From positions 186,001 to 250,000 of the forward strand of contig NW_013657636.1 in NCBI RefSeq assembly GCF_000142905.1: DNA of 64,000 nt, given 5' to 3'. The translations under genes were made by a program, and so were the position numbers. Below are positions 48,075 to 58,003 of this stretch, one piece after another. Each line of letters starts with the position of its first letter. The first letter of the stretch is position 1. Source of the DNA: Thecamonas trahens ATCC 50062 (lineage: Eukaryota; Protista; Apusomonadida). The notes below the pieces were generated by a model, which had not been told where the DNA came from, did no database searches, and saw only the letters and a list, made by a program, of their open reading frames with translations.

Positions 48075-49424
48075 TCAGATGACGTTGTTCAGCCTCAGCA
48101 TGGAGAAAAAGATGAGGATCGAGCCCACAACCTTGAAGACGATGTTGAACGGCGAGACCTGAGCTGCGCGTTCGTGGGCCGTCGCTCCGATGAACCGCGG
48201 GAGAACGAGGGTGACCATCAGCGAGCCGACCCATGAGAGCAGGATCCGCGCCAGCGTGAGCTCGAGGTACACCCGCGAGAGGTCGTACTCGATGGTGAGA
48301 TAAAAGTAGATAAAGGCGCGTGCGTTGAGGAAGAACCGGTAACACCACATGTTGACGACTGAGAGCTCCGACCACGCGCCACGAAGCGAGACAAGGAACG
48401 GCTCGTTGACGTCGGCGCCCGAGTCAAACACCCGCGACGCGCCAGGCACGACCGAGAGCAGCGCAAAGAGCGGGTAAAAGGTGAACGGGAGCAAGATCTG
48501 ATCAAGCGAGGTGTAGCCAAAGGCGTTGATACGGTACTGGTCGTTAAAGTACTTCTGTGCGCAGAACCAGGCGGCGTACGCCACCGAAAGGAGCGCAAAC
48601 GGGATGACGAGCGAGAGCCACGACCAAAGCTGCGCGCTGATCGTTGGCGCCGCATCGGCCGGCACGACCCCGCCCAGCAGCAGACTTGCTTCATCGGCGC
48701 TGTCTGAACCCTCGTTGACCGAGAACGGGTGGGTGCCAGGCGCCGGCGGCGTGGCGAGCATGCCACGCCGGGCCGGGGCGATTTCGGCGTCGGCAGTAGC
48801 GGCACGGGCACGTGCAGCGTCGGCCGGGTCCGGCACCCGCTTCTCAATGAGTGAGAGTAGAGCCCCAGCAATGCCGAGAACGTAGACGATGGGCTCGATG
48901 GGCTTGCCGACCGGGAGGCGGAAAAGGTGCTCGAGCGGAGCGATGAGGAAGGATGAGGCGAGCGAGGCGATGACGAGAAAGACAAGGCCAAGCGGCTCCT
49001 TGTACAGCATGGTCTCACAGAGATAGTACAAAATGTTGAGGGCTGCGTTGAGGAGGAGCTTCGGATGAGCAGCGATGGCCGATGGGAGCGAGCCCGGGCC
49101 CTGGGCAGGGCAGTTGATGCGGGTGCAGTTGGCCGACGAAGCAGAGCAGTCGACATGTTTGTGCTCCACATCGATTTCCCGGTAGCAGGGCGTGGTATGG
49201 CGGCCATCGTAGACAGCGCCTGTGATGGAAGACGGGAGAAAGAGCTGCGCAGCGCCGAGGAGAACAGCGATCTGGAGAGCGGTGAAGAGCGTCATGGCCA
49301 GCAGCATGCGCCTCCGTGACTTGCCGTGGTTGACACGGATGACACGCTGGCCGAACGCGTCGCCGACCACAGACATGGCCTGCGTGCCGAGCACAAGCCA
49401 CAGCGGCGGCAGATGGCCTCCCAT
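48075..49424 (-). CDS. Multi-pass (~10 TM) membrane protein, possibly DMT/CRT-like; start uncertain
   Basis: Two blocks of hydrophobic helices separated by a disordered loop; Cys-rich loop after TM2. Confidence 0.7.
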   Translation of the reverse strand: MGGHLPPLWLVLGTQAMSVVGDAFGQRVIRVNHGKSRRRMLLAMTLFTALQIAVLLGAAQLFLPSSITGAVYDGRHTTPCYREIDVEHKHVDCSASSANCTRINCPAQGPGSLPSAIAAHPKLLLNAALNILYYLCETMLYKEPLGLVFLVIASLASSFLIAPLEHLFRLPVGKPIEPIVYVLGIAGALLSLIEKRVPDPADAARARAATADAEIAPARRGMLATPPAPGTHPFSVNEGSDSADEASLLLGGVVPADAAPTISAQLWSWLSLVIPFALLSVAYAAWFCAQKYFNDQYRINAFGYTSLDQILLPFTFYPLFALLSVVPGASRVFDSGADVNEPFLVSLRGAWSELSVVNMWCYRFFLNARAFIYFYLTIEYDLSRVYLELTLARILLSWVGSLMVTLVLPRFIGATAHERAAQVSPFNIVFKVVGSILIFFSMLRLNNVI

Positions 49425-49711
49425 ATCGTTCCTTGCCAAGTCAAGTTCTTGTCGCTTGTCGCGTTGCTCACACTCGTCCTCCAAGGGATACTCTGGTCTG
49501 CTCTGCTCTACTCAAAGTGGTGGTGGAGGCGGAGAGGCTGACGTGGAGCCGCCATCCGCCATCCGCCGCTGCCCATCGCTTTCCGCCCTGTTGACGCCGA
49601 TTGCGGCTAGACGCGAGGGCGCGAGTGAGCGAAAGAAGGACACCGATGGTGGGACGTTCTCCATGCATGGTAGCCGGGCGTACGTGGAGAAGCTTGATCG
49701 GTCGAGCCTTT

Positions 49712-49892
49712 AATCGTTCGATCCTGCATTAATCGCTCTGTTCGCATAATCGTTCAATCCTGCATTGTTCGCATAATCGTTCAATCCTGCATTGTTCGCA
49801 TAATCGTTCAATCCTGCATTGTTCGCATAATCGTTCAATCCTGCATTGTTCGCTTAATCGTTCAATCCTGCATTGTTCGCTTAATCGTTCAA
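49712..49892. repeat. AT-rich 27-bp minisatellite (ttcgcataatcgttcaatcctgcattg), about 6 copies
   Basis: Visible tandem copies. Confidence 0.93.
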
Positions 49893-50495
49893 TTCATGGC
49901 GCAATGATTCGTTTCCTCACATGGAAATATTGGGACATTGGCACTGTCGCCGTCAGACGGAACGAGGAAACGCCATCTGTCGGCCACACAGCACTCGAGC
50001 CTCTATCATGGTGTACTCGCAGGGCGGTTCTTACGGTAGGTAGCAGAGGAGCAGAGTCAGAGAGATGGGATACACCCATGTCCCGGCTATGCGCATGTGG
50101 GGGGAAGCGGGGGGGCGGGCTGTCTGTAGGGGGAGGGGCGGCTGCCTTTGCTGCGGGGCACCACTGTTCGCCATCCAACCGAGATGGGAATGGCCGACGA
50201 CCAGCCGGTGGGTGAAGGCGATAAGGAAGAGGCTGGGACAGGCGAAAGCCTTGACCAAAATCTCTGAAAGTAGCTAGGGATGTTGTCCATGGAAGGAACC
50301 AGTAGTGGTTGTGAGAGCAAGTCGCTGCATGGGTTATCCATGATGGTAGCCCCGGTAGTGGGGAAGGGGGGTAAGACTGCCCCACTTGGCCCGCACCATC
50401 CATTGGCCATTGGCATTATTTTTGTCTGCACAGTATGCGGCATGATGACTGGGAAGGGAGGGGGGGGAGGGAGGGAGGAGGGGAGGAAGAAGGGC

Positions 50496-51577
50496 ATGGC
50501 CTTGCGTGTGGGTATATATATGTATGTATGCATATGTATGTGTGGGGTGGCAGGTATGACTCACTGAGCGTGTTCATGCTCTCTCTCTCTCTCTCTCTTG
50601 CGGTGACTGGTGCTGGGCGGAGAATAGGCGGGCGCAGTGGCGGCTACGGTGGTGGCGTGCAGAAGGCCAAGTCGCGGTTCGGCGGCGGTCGTGGCGGCGG
50701 TCGCGGTGGGCGCGGTGGGTTCGGCGGTCGTGGCCGCGGTCGTGGCGGTGGGCGCGGTGGGTTCGGCGGTCGTGGCCGTGGGCGCGGCGGCGGGCGCGGG
50801 CGCGGGCGTGGCCGCGGGCGTGGCGGTGGTCGCGGCGGTGGCCGCGGCGGAGCCCGCGGCGGATCCAAGGTGTACGTGGAGCCGCACCGGCACAAGGGCG
50901 TCTTCATCGCGCGTGGCGGCAAGGAAGACATGCTTGTGACCAAGAACCTTGTGCCTGGCGAGGAGGTGTACGGTGAGAAGCGGATTTCGATCGAGGACGC
51001 CGAGGGCGCCAAGACCGAGTACCGCGTGTGGAACCCGTTCCGCTCCAAGATCGCTTCGGCCATTCTCTGCGGTGTCGAGAACACGTGGATCCACCCCGGC
51101 GACAAGGTGCTGTACCTGGGCGCCGCCTCGGGCACCACCGTCTCGCACGTCGCTGACGTTGTCGGGCATGAGGGCTGCGTCTACGCCGTCGAGTTCTCGC
51201 AGCGCTCCGGCCGTGACCTCCTCGAGATGGCCAAGAAGCGGACCAACGTTATCCCCATCATTGCCGATGCTCGCCACCCGCAGAAGTACCGCATGCTCGT
51301 GGGCATGGTCGACACCATCTTTGCCGATGTCGCTCAGCCCGACCAGGCGCGTATTGTCACCATCAACGCCCAGTACTTCCTCAAGAACGGCGGCCACTAC
51401 ATGATCTCCATCAAGGCCAACTGCGTCGACTCGACCGCCGCGCCCGAGGCCGTCTTCGCCTCGGAGGTCTCCAAGCTCAAGGAGGCCAAGCTCAAGCCGC
51501 GTGAGCAGATCCCGCTCGAGCCCTACGAGCGCGACCACGCTGTTGTCGTCGGTACCTACCGCCCCAAGATGGTTTAA
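50496..51577 (+). CDS. FBL: Fibrillarin (canonical copy); probable intron 50506-50627
   Basis: RGG domain; [55 protein letters not shown]. Confidence 0.97.
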
Positions 51578-51922
51578 CTTGACCGTGCACTCTCTCATCT
51601 CAACAAAAGAAGTAGTAATCGCCCTTTCCCTCCCCCTCAAACACACTACGCCGGCCCAATATGTGTCCGCGTCCCTGACGACGTCGGCCATACCACCGAT
51701 ACCCCGGACGTAGACCACTCTGCTAGGTGTGAAGAGGTCGACAACATCGTCCTTCTTGACACATACTTGAATCGCCATTTCCTTCCTTGTCTGGCAGGGG
51801 GCCGGCACAACGCGGCGGGTCCGGCACAATACCCCATTGCAGAGCGGGCCACTTGTCACCGAATACGACCATCTGCAGGCGCTACAGGCAAGAAACCCAC
51901 ACTAGCAAGCAATTTGTCTTCC

Positions 51923-53374
51923 ATGGATCCAGAAGTAGAGGAGGCCGCACGCATTCTTGCTGCCCTTCACCTTGGACAAGAAGCAGTCGAGGATGGCAGT
52001 GACTCGAAGCGGGCCGTAGAAGATTCGGCCGACAGAAAGCAAGCGGTACGGACGGAAGGGAGGGGGAAGGGAAGGGAGGGGAGGGGGTAGGGAGGCACGG
52101 TCATGGGAATGGATCAATGGGCATGCATCCACGTTCTAGGATCCACTTACTTGAACTCGATCTGTCTTGATCTCTCTCTCTGCGTCTGTATGTGTTTGTG
52201 ATCGATGGCCACCTGTGGGATTTGGGTTTGCGATTGAACTTGTGCTTGTTCTTCTGCTTGTGCTTGTGCTTGTGCTTGTGCTGGCGATGCCGATGCCGAT
52301 GGCGATGAACGTGGATTGCTTGTGTACTCTCTCACACCGCGGTGGCCTCAGAAGACCGATCAGGAGTTCGGCGGCGGTCGTGGCGGCGGGTTCGGCTGGC
52401 GTGGTCGTGGGCGTGGGCGCGGACGCGGGCGTGGCGGGTTTAGCCGTGGCGGCGGGTTCGGCTGGCGTGGTCGTGGGCGTGGGCGCGGACGCGGGCGTGG
52501 AGGGTTTAGCCGCGGCAGCGGGTTTGGCTGGCGTGGTCGTGGGCGCGGCGGCGGGCGCGGGCGCGGGCGTGGCGGGTTTGGCCGTGGTGGCGGCCGAGGC
52601 GGTGGGCGCGGCGGCGCGCACAGCGGATTCCACAGAAAGCACAAGGAGCTTGTGGTGCCGCACCGGCTCGACGGCTTCTTCATTGCGCACGGCAAGGACG
52701 ACAATCTTGCGACCAAGAGCCTCGTGCCTGGCGAGGAGGTGTACGGCGAGAGGCGGATCTTGATCGAGGACGCCGAGGGCGCCAAGACCGAGTACCGCGT
52801 GTGGAACCCGTTCCGCTCCAAGATCGCTTCGGCCATTTTTTGCGGTGTCGAGAACACGTGGATCCAGCCTGGCGACAAGGTGCTGTACCTGGGCGCCGCC
52901 TCGGGCACCAACGTCTCGCACATCGCTGACGTTGTCGGGCATGAGGGCTGCGTCTACGCCGTCGAGTTCTCGCAGAGCTCTGGCGACGAGCTCACCGAGA
53001 TGGCTACAAAGTGGACCAACGTCATTCCCGTCATCAGCGACGCTCGCCACCCACTCCAGTACCGCATGCTCGTGGGCATGGTTGACACTATCGTTGCCGA
53101 TCTCGACCAGCCCGACCAGGCGCGTATTGTCACCATCAACGCCCAGTACTTCCTCAAGAGCGGTGGTCACTACATGGTCGTCATCAATGCCGACTGCATC
53201 GACACGACCATCCCCCCCGATGCTGTCTTTGCCTCGGAGATCTCCAAGCTCAAGGAGGCGAACCTCAAGCCGCGCGAGATGGTCCAGCTTGAGCCCTACA
53301 AGCGCAACCATGCGGTTGTCGTCGGTTCGCACCACATCAAGGAGGAACCTTCTTGCCCATCAAGCACACAGTGA
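51923..53374 (+). CDS. Divergent fibrillarin paralog; intron 52046-52351
   Basis: Tandem duplicate with a new acidic first exon ([12 protein letters not shown]...) and GTACGG/CAG splice sites in phase. Confidence 0.9.
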
Positions 53375-53451
53375 TCGGATAGTCCGCAGCCGGTGGCATA
53401 CGGATGCAACGGAAAGGATAGTGTGGGTAGGGGGTGATCATTGAGTTTATT

Positions 53452-53790
53452 GAGCCGGATCCCTTCGCGCCAGTGTTTGCCGAGCCAGTACTCATCGAGC
53501 CGCCCATTGAGCCGCCCATCGAGCCGCCCATTGAGCCGCCCATCGAGCCGCCCATCGAGCCGGATCCCTTCGCGCCAGTGTTTGCCGAGCCAGTACTCAT
53601 CGAGCCGCCCATCGAGCCGGATCCCTTCGCGCCAGTGTTTGCCGAGCCAGTACTCATCGAGCCGCCCATTGAGCCGCCCATTGAGCCGCCCATCGAGCCG
53701 GATCCCTTCGCGCCAGTGTTTGCCGAGCCAGTACTCATCGAGCCGCCCATCGAGCCGGATCCCTTCGCGCCAGTGTTTGCCGAGCCAGTG
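53452..53790. repeat. Compound tandem repeat of 12-bp (gagccgcccaty) and 45-bp units
   Basis: Nested repeats, all multiples of 3, giving open frames on both strands. Confidence 0.9.
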
Positions 53791-53986
53791 CCCAGCGAAC
53801 CAGTTTTCATCAAGGCAGTGCCTGTCCCTGGTAACCCCCCTCCCCCCCCCCCCCCCCCCCCCGGCCTGCCCAGCCACCGCCAACCGTCCCTCTCTCACCC
53901 CACGGCAGGCACTTGTCGCCGACTGCAAGCTGCCGCTCCCCTTCCCCCTCTGCAAGCAAGAGTGCGAGACTACAGAGGCACCAACC

Positions 53987-55321
53987 ATGGACACATCAAT
54001 AGGCGAGGCCACCCATGAGCTTGCTGCCCTCCACAGTGAGCTGACGGCACTGGCGGCCAAGGAGCGCGAGATCGGGGGCGCCACAGCCGCGACCAAGAAG
54101 GAGCGGGAGGTACGGGCAAGGGAGGGTGAGAGGGGGGTGGGCATGGGCATGGTCATGGGTATGGGAATGGGAATGGGTATGTGTGCGGTCACTCACTCTG
54201 TCTTGCTCTATATCTCTCTCTATGTGTGTCGGGGTGTGTGTGTCTCTCTGTGCGTTGACGTGGCGGTTGTTGTTGCTACCTGCGTGGGCTATGGCCTCAT
54301 GACGGTGGTGGTGATGACGGTGGTGATGATGGCGATGGCGATGGCGATGGTGATGATGATGATGATGGCGATGATGATAATGGTGATGTGGACGTGATGT
54401 TGCGGATAGGCGCTTATGGAGCGGTTTCGGAGCACAAAGGCATTGGTCGAGACCCTCAAGGATGAGGCGTCGATAGACAACAAGGCCGACGCCTCGTCGC
54501 TGCTGGCGGGAGAGGCCAACGATGCCGAGGCTGCTGCCGCAAGCGGCCGGTCTTCAAGGCCAGACAAGACGGCGGCAGCGTATGGAGAGGCGGTCATTGC
54601 CCGGCGCCTGGCGTCGTCGTTCACTGCAGACATGCTGACCGACAAGGGCGCCGACGTCTCGTTTGACATGGCCCAGCGCAAGTTTGTCGGCCTCACCTCG
54701 GCTTCGCCGTTCCCGGCCACACCGCCGGTCTCGCTCGATACCCCGCGCCGGGTTGTTGTCGACTACATCCCACAGATCCGCAACCAGCTGCAGGAGGCCT
54801 TGCGCGAGAATGTGGCGCTCCGGGAGGAACTCGCCGCTCTCAAGGCCTCTATGATCGAATCCAGACTCTCCGAGTCGTTTGCAATCCACTCCACACCCGG
54901 GCCCGACAGACTCGGCCCACCGCCGCCCACCCCGGGCCTTCCGCCCATCCTCACCACCGTTGACACCCCGCGTCGCGACACCCCGACCCCATCCGGCCGC
55001 CAAGACACCCCAATCCCTGACAACGGCACGCCCGACTCGCCGTCGCGGCCAGGCCTCGCCCCGCCGCGTCGCCTCTCGCAGGCCGCAAGTCCCACAAGCC
55101 CCACCAGCGCAGCGCCTGTCGCCTCTCTCACCTCCACCGCTCCCTCTGCCACCGCGGCCGCGGCGCCGCCCGTTGTTATTACCAAGACTTCGAGCCTGGG
55201 CGCCTGCCTTGCCGTCCTCAACCTCGTCCTCGCCACCTTCATCCTCCTCCTTCTCGCCTGCCTCTCCGCCGTGGTCCTTGACCACCACGGCCTGGCGTAT
55301 CCCGGCCATCGGCCCACATGA
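53987..55321 (+). CDS. Tail-anchored coiled-coil protein, KASH-like candidate; intron 54110-54409
   Basis: Coiled coils, P/T/S-rich linker, C-terminal TM and a short tail DHHGLAYPGHRPT. Splice sites are in phase 0. Confidence 0.7.
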
Positions 55322-55429
55322 TCCCCTCCTTGCCCATGTCCATGCCCCATGAACAAAACGATCGTGTCTCCCGACCCCACCTGCCCAGCTCTGCGCCCAC
55401 ACCCACACCTCTCTCTCTCTCTCGCACCC

Positions 55430-56830
55430 ATGCCGCAGATCGCTGCGCGGGCACCCGCAACCGCCATCCTCATCGCCACCGTCATCATTCTTGCCTCGAT
55501 CGTCAACAGCACCGCCGCCGATGACATCCTTCTGAGCCATCCCAAGCTGCTGGCGGCCAATGCGACGTTCAACGCGGCGTTTGGCCTCGCCCGCGAGTCG
55601 GCCGGCGAGCACGCCCGGGCCAAGTTTGAGGCTGCGGCTGCATTTGCTGGCGAAGCTGCAGCTGATCTCTGTCCGCCGACCCTCTTTGACGATGACGGCG
55701 AGGCCGTCGACGACGATCCGTGCCTCCTCGCGTCGCAGATGCACGCCGACGCGCTGCGCAACGCCGCGTTCATGGCCAACAAGCTCGGCGCCTACGCCGA
55801 CGCCCGCACGCTGCTTGATGCTGCCGCCGACGTGGCGTATGTGCCCGAGACGACGCTCGGCGACATTGCGCTTGCCCACGCTGTGGTGGCGCAGCGAGTC
55901 GGCGACCACGACGCAGCACTGGTCCACCTCGACCTCGGTCGGGCCGGCGCCTCGGTCGCCCCGCACGCCATCGACGCCTTCCGGGGCGACTCGCTGGCGG
56001 CGCTTGGGCGGACCGCTGACGCTGCAGCAGCGTACACGACGGCGTACCACGGCCACCCACGCCGAATGGCCCTTGACAAGGCCGTCCGCACCCTTCGCAG
56101 CCTCGGCGAGTCCGACGCTGCTGGCCAGCTCCTCGCCCACGCCGTCGAGGCCGGCATCCTCCGGGTTGGCCTGGAAGAGCAGCGGCCGCACGAGCTCGAC
56201 GGGGCACTTGAGGGCAAGCCCGTGTGGACGCTCGACGAGGCCACGCCCGACGGCTCACTCGCTGCCTTTGTTGCCTCGCAGATGCCTCTCATTGTCGACG
56301 AGGTCCACGCCGCCCTCGCCGCCGACCCGGATGCACTGGCAAAGTGGTACGCCGCCACCGGCTCGCATCTGCTCTACGCCCACGACGCAGCTCTCTACCG
56401 ATGCGTCGATCCGGGCTGTCCTGAGACTCGCTGGCACCAGGTCGGCCTGTGGGAGACCGGGAGCCCCACCGATGCCGCCTATGCCTTCCCGCAGACCATC
56501 CAGTCGTTCTTCGACACCCTCAAGCCCGTCCTCTCCTTTGGCCGCGTCCTCTTCTCCGTCCTTGACGCTGGCGTCGACATTGTGCCGCATGTCGGCCCCA
56601 CCAACCGCCGCCTTACTGTCCACTGCGGCGTCGCCATCCCGGATGTTGACGGCCTTTACCTCCGCGTCGCCGATCACAACTTGTCTTGGGCTGACGGTGA
56701 GTGCTTTGTCTTTGACGACTCGTTCGAGCACCAAGTCGCATTTCCGCACCCGCCGTCGGCGTCGACCCCGGCCGCTCCGCGCATCGTTCTCCTCTTCCAC
56801 ATCCCCCACCCGGGCATGTCCGCCAACTAA
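55430..56830 (+). CDS. Aspartyl/asparaginyl beta-hydroxylase-like 2OG-Fe(II) oxygenase with TPR-like region and signal/TM leader
   Basis: FSVL...PHVGPTNRRLTVHCG...W..GECFVFDDSFEHQV...RIVLLFHIPHP. Confidence 0.9.
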   Translation: MPQIAARAPATAILIATVIILASIVNSTAADDILLSHPKLLAANATFNAAFGLARESAGEHARAKFEAAAAFAGEAAADLCPPTLFDDDGEAVDDDPCLLASQMHADALRNAAFMANKLGAYADARTLLDAAADVAYVPETTLGDIALAHAVVAQRVGDHDAALVHLDLGRAGASVAPHAIDAFRGDSLAALGRTADAAAAYTTAYHGHPRRMALDKAVRTLRSLGESDAAGQLLAHAVEAGILRVGLEEQRPHELDGALEGKPVWTLDEATPDGSLAAFVASQMPLIVDEVHAALAADPDALAKWYAATGSHLLYAHDAALYRCVDPGCPETRWHQVGLWETGSPTDAAYAFPQTIQSFFDTLKPVLSFGRVLFSVLDAGVDIVPHVGPTNRRLTVHCGVAIPDVDGLYLRVADHNLSWADGECFVFDDSFEHQVAFPHPPSASTPAAPRIVLLFHIPHPGMSAN

Positions 56831-57791
56831 ACCTGCATCAAGTTTACATTGTGTCCCTTCCCGGCCGTTACGCCCGCACGCTGCGCGGCGCCACTGGCGC
56901 TGATCCGGCTTCTGGCCTCGCCACCAGCCCCCGCTGGCGATATCGCCGCGGGGCCCGATGTGCAAGCTGCGCCCGCGGCGGATGCCGGTGCCGTTTGCCC
57001 TGCACCGGCTCGGTGGCCTGGGACACACCCGCCGCCGTCATGTGCGCATCTGCAACTGCCACCGCATCGCGCATGGCTTTGTTCAGCTCTTCGGCCGCCA
57101 CCACCGCCGCCTGCGCATCAGTCGCCACCGCCGCCGCCTCTTGCTGCTCGCTGGCGGGAGCAACCTCGGCCTCGAGCTCGTCATCGCCCTCCAGACTCTT
57201 GACCTTCCGCAGGGCGCGCGCCTTTCTGCGGGCCTCCTTCATCGCCCGCTTCTTTTGCTTGCGGAGCGCTCGGATGTCCCGGTTGTTCTCCTTGACAATC
57301 TGCTTCACCTTGTTCTGTGTGTTGGGCGAGAGTGGCGCGAGCTTGATGGCCGCCAGCGCTCCGCGCGGAACTTGCAAGTTTCCCGATCCTCCCGATTCGC
57401 AGCTCGTGGCATCGTCTCCGGCTTCTGCACCTAGTAGGCCATATCCGCTGGCGCCTTCCGAGTCGGTTCCGCTAACCATGACCGCTCTGGCGGCGTTTGT
57501 CTCGCGCTCCGCCTCGAGCGCAGCCTCAAAGGCGTCAAACTTGGCGCAGACCCTTCCAAAGGTGTTGAGCCCTGAGTATCCCGTTGCGGCATCTGCCGCA
57601 CCTCTGCGGCGTGCAAGCGCTCTGTTCCTTCGTTCCCGCCGCCTGATCCGCGATCCGCCTCCAGAGGCTGGCTCAAGCGCCGTCTCGTACTGCTGCGCCA
57701 GCGCGGCGTAGTGCGCGCCGGCGGCGCCCGTAGCTGGCGGCGCGCCTGCCTCAAAGACAGGCGCATCACGGTCACGGTAGCGAACAGGCAT
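56827..57791 (-). CDS. Hypothetical basic coiled-coil protein; C-terminus possibly in the -1 frame after ~57005
   Basis: ORF from MPVRYRDRD; LAPLSPN, KQKKRAMKEARRK; no recognisable family. Confidence 0.55.
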
Positions 57792-58003
57792 GACAAAGGA
57801 GAGTGTGGTAGCAGTTGGGACAATACAAATGGGAATGTGTGTAAAGTCGAGTGTGGCTAGGGGGCCCGGCGCCCGCTGTGCCGTTGAGTAAGTCCGTTGG
57901 CGCAAAAGGAGGTTGAGCAGCGGCGGGCGGGAAAAACTCAAAATTTGGTCCGGCGCCTGGCTTGGACGGGGCCGAGTTTACGGAAGCTGATGCGACCGTC
58001 CGG

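Noticed and set aside
49894-50400. snoRNA/U3 upstream of fibrillarin
   Set aside because: Only a 9-bp inverted repeat (cgtttcctc/gaggaaacg) and loose box-like words were found. An Infernal search is needed; it cannot be supported by eye.
7359-53374. Functional cluster of RNA-processing genes (SF3B1, ZNHIT2, SF1, RPA49, FBL)
   Set aside because: They are interspersed with unrelated genes on both strands, which is compatible with chance in a gene-dense genome.
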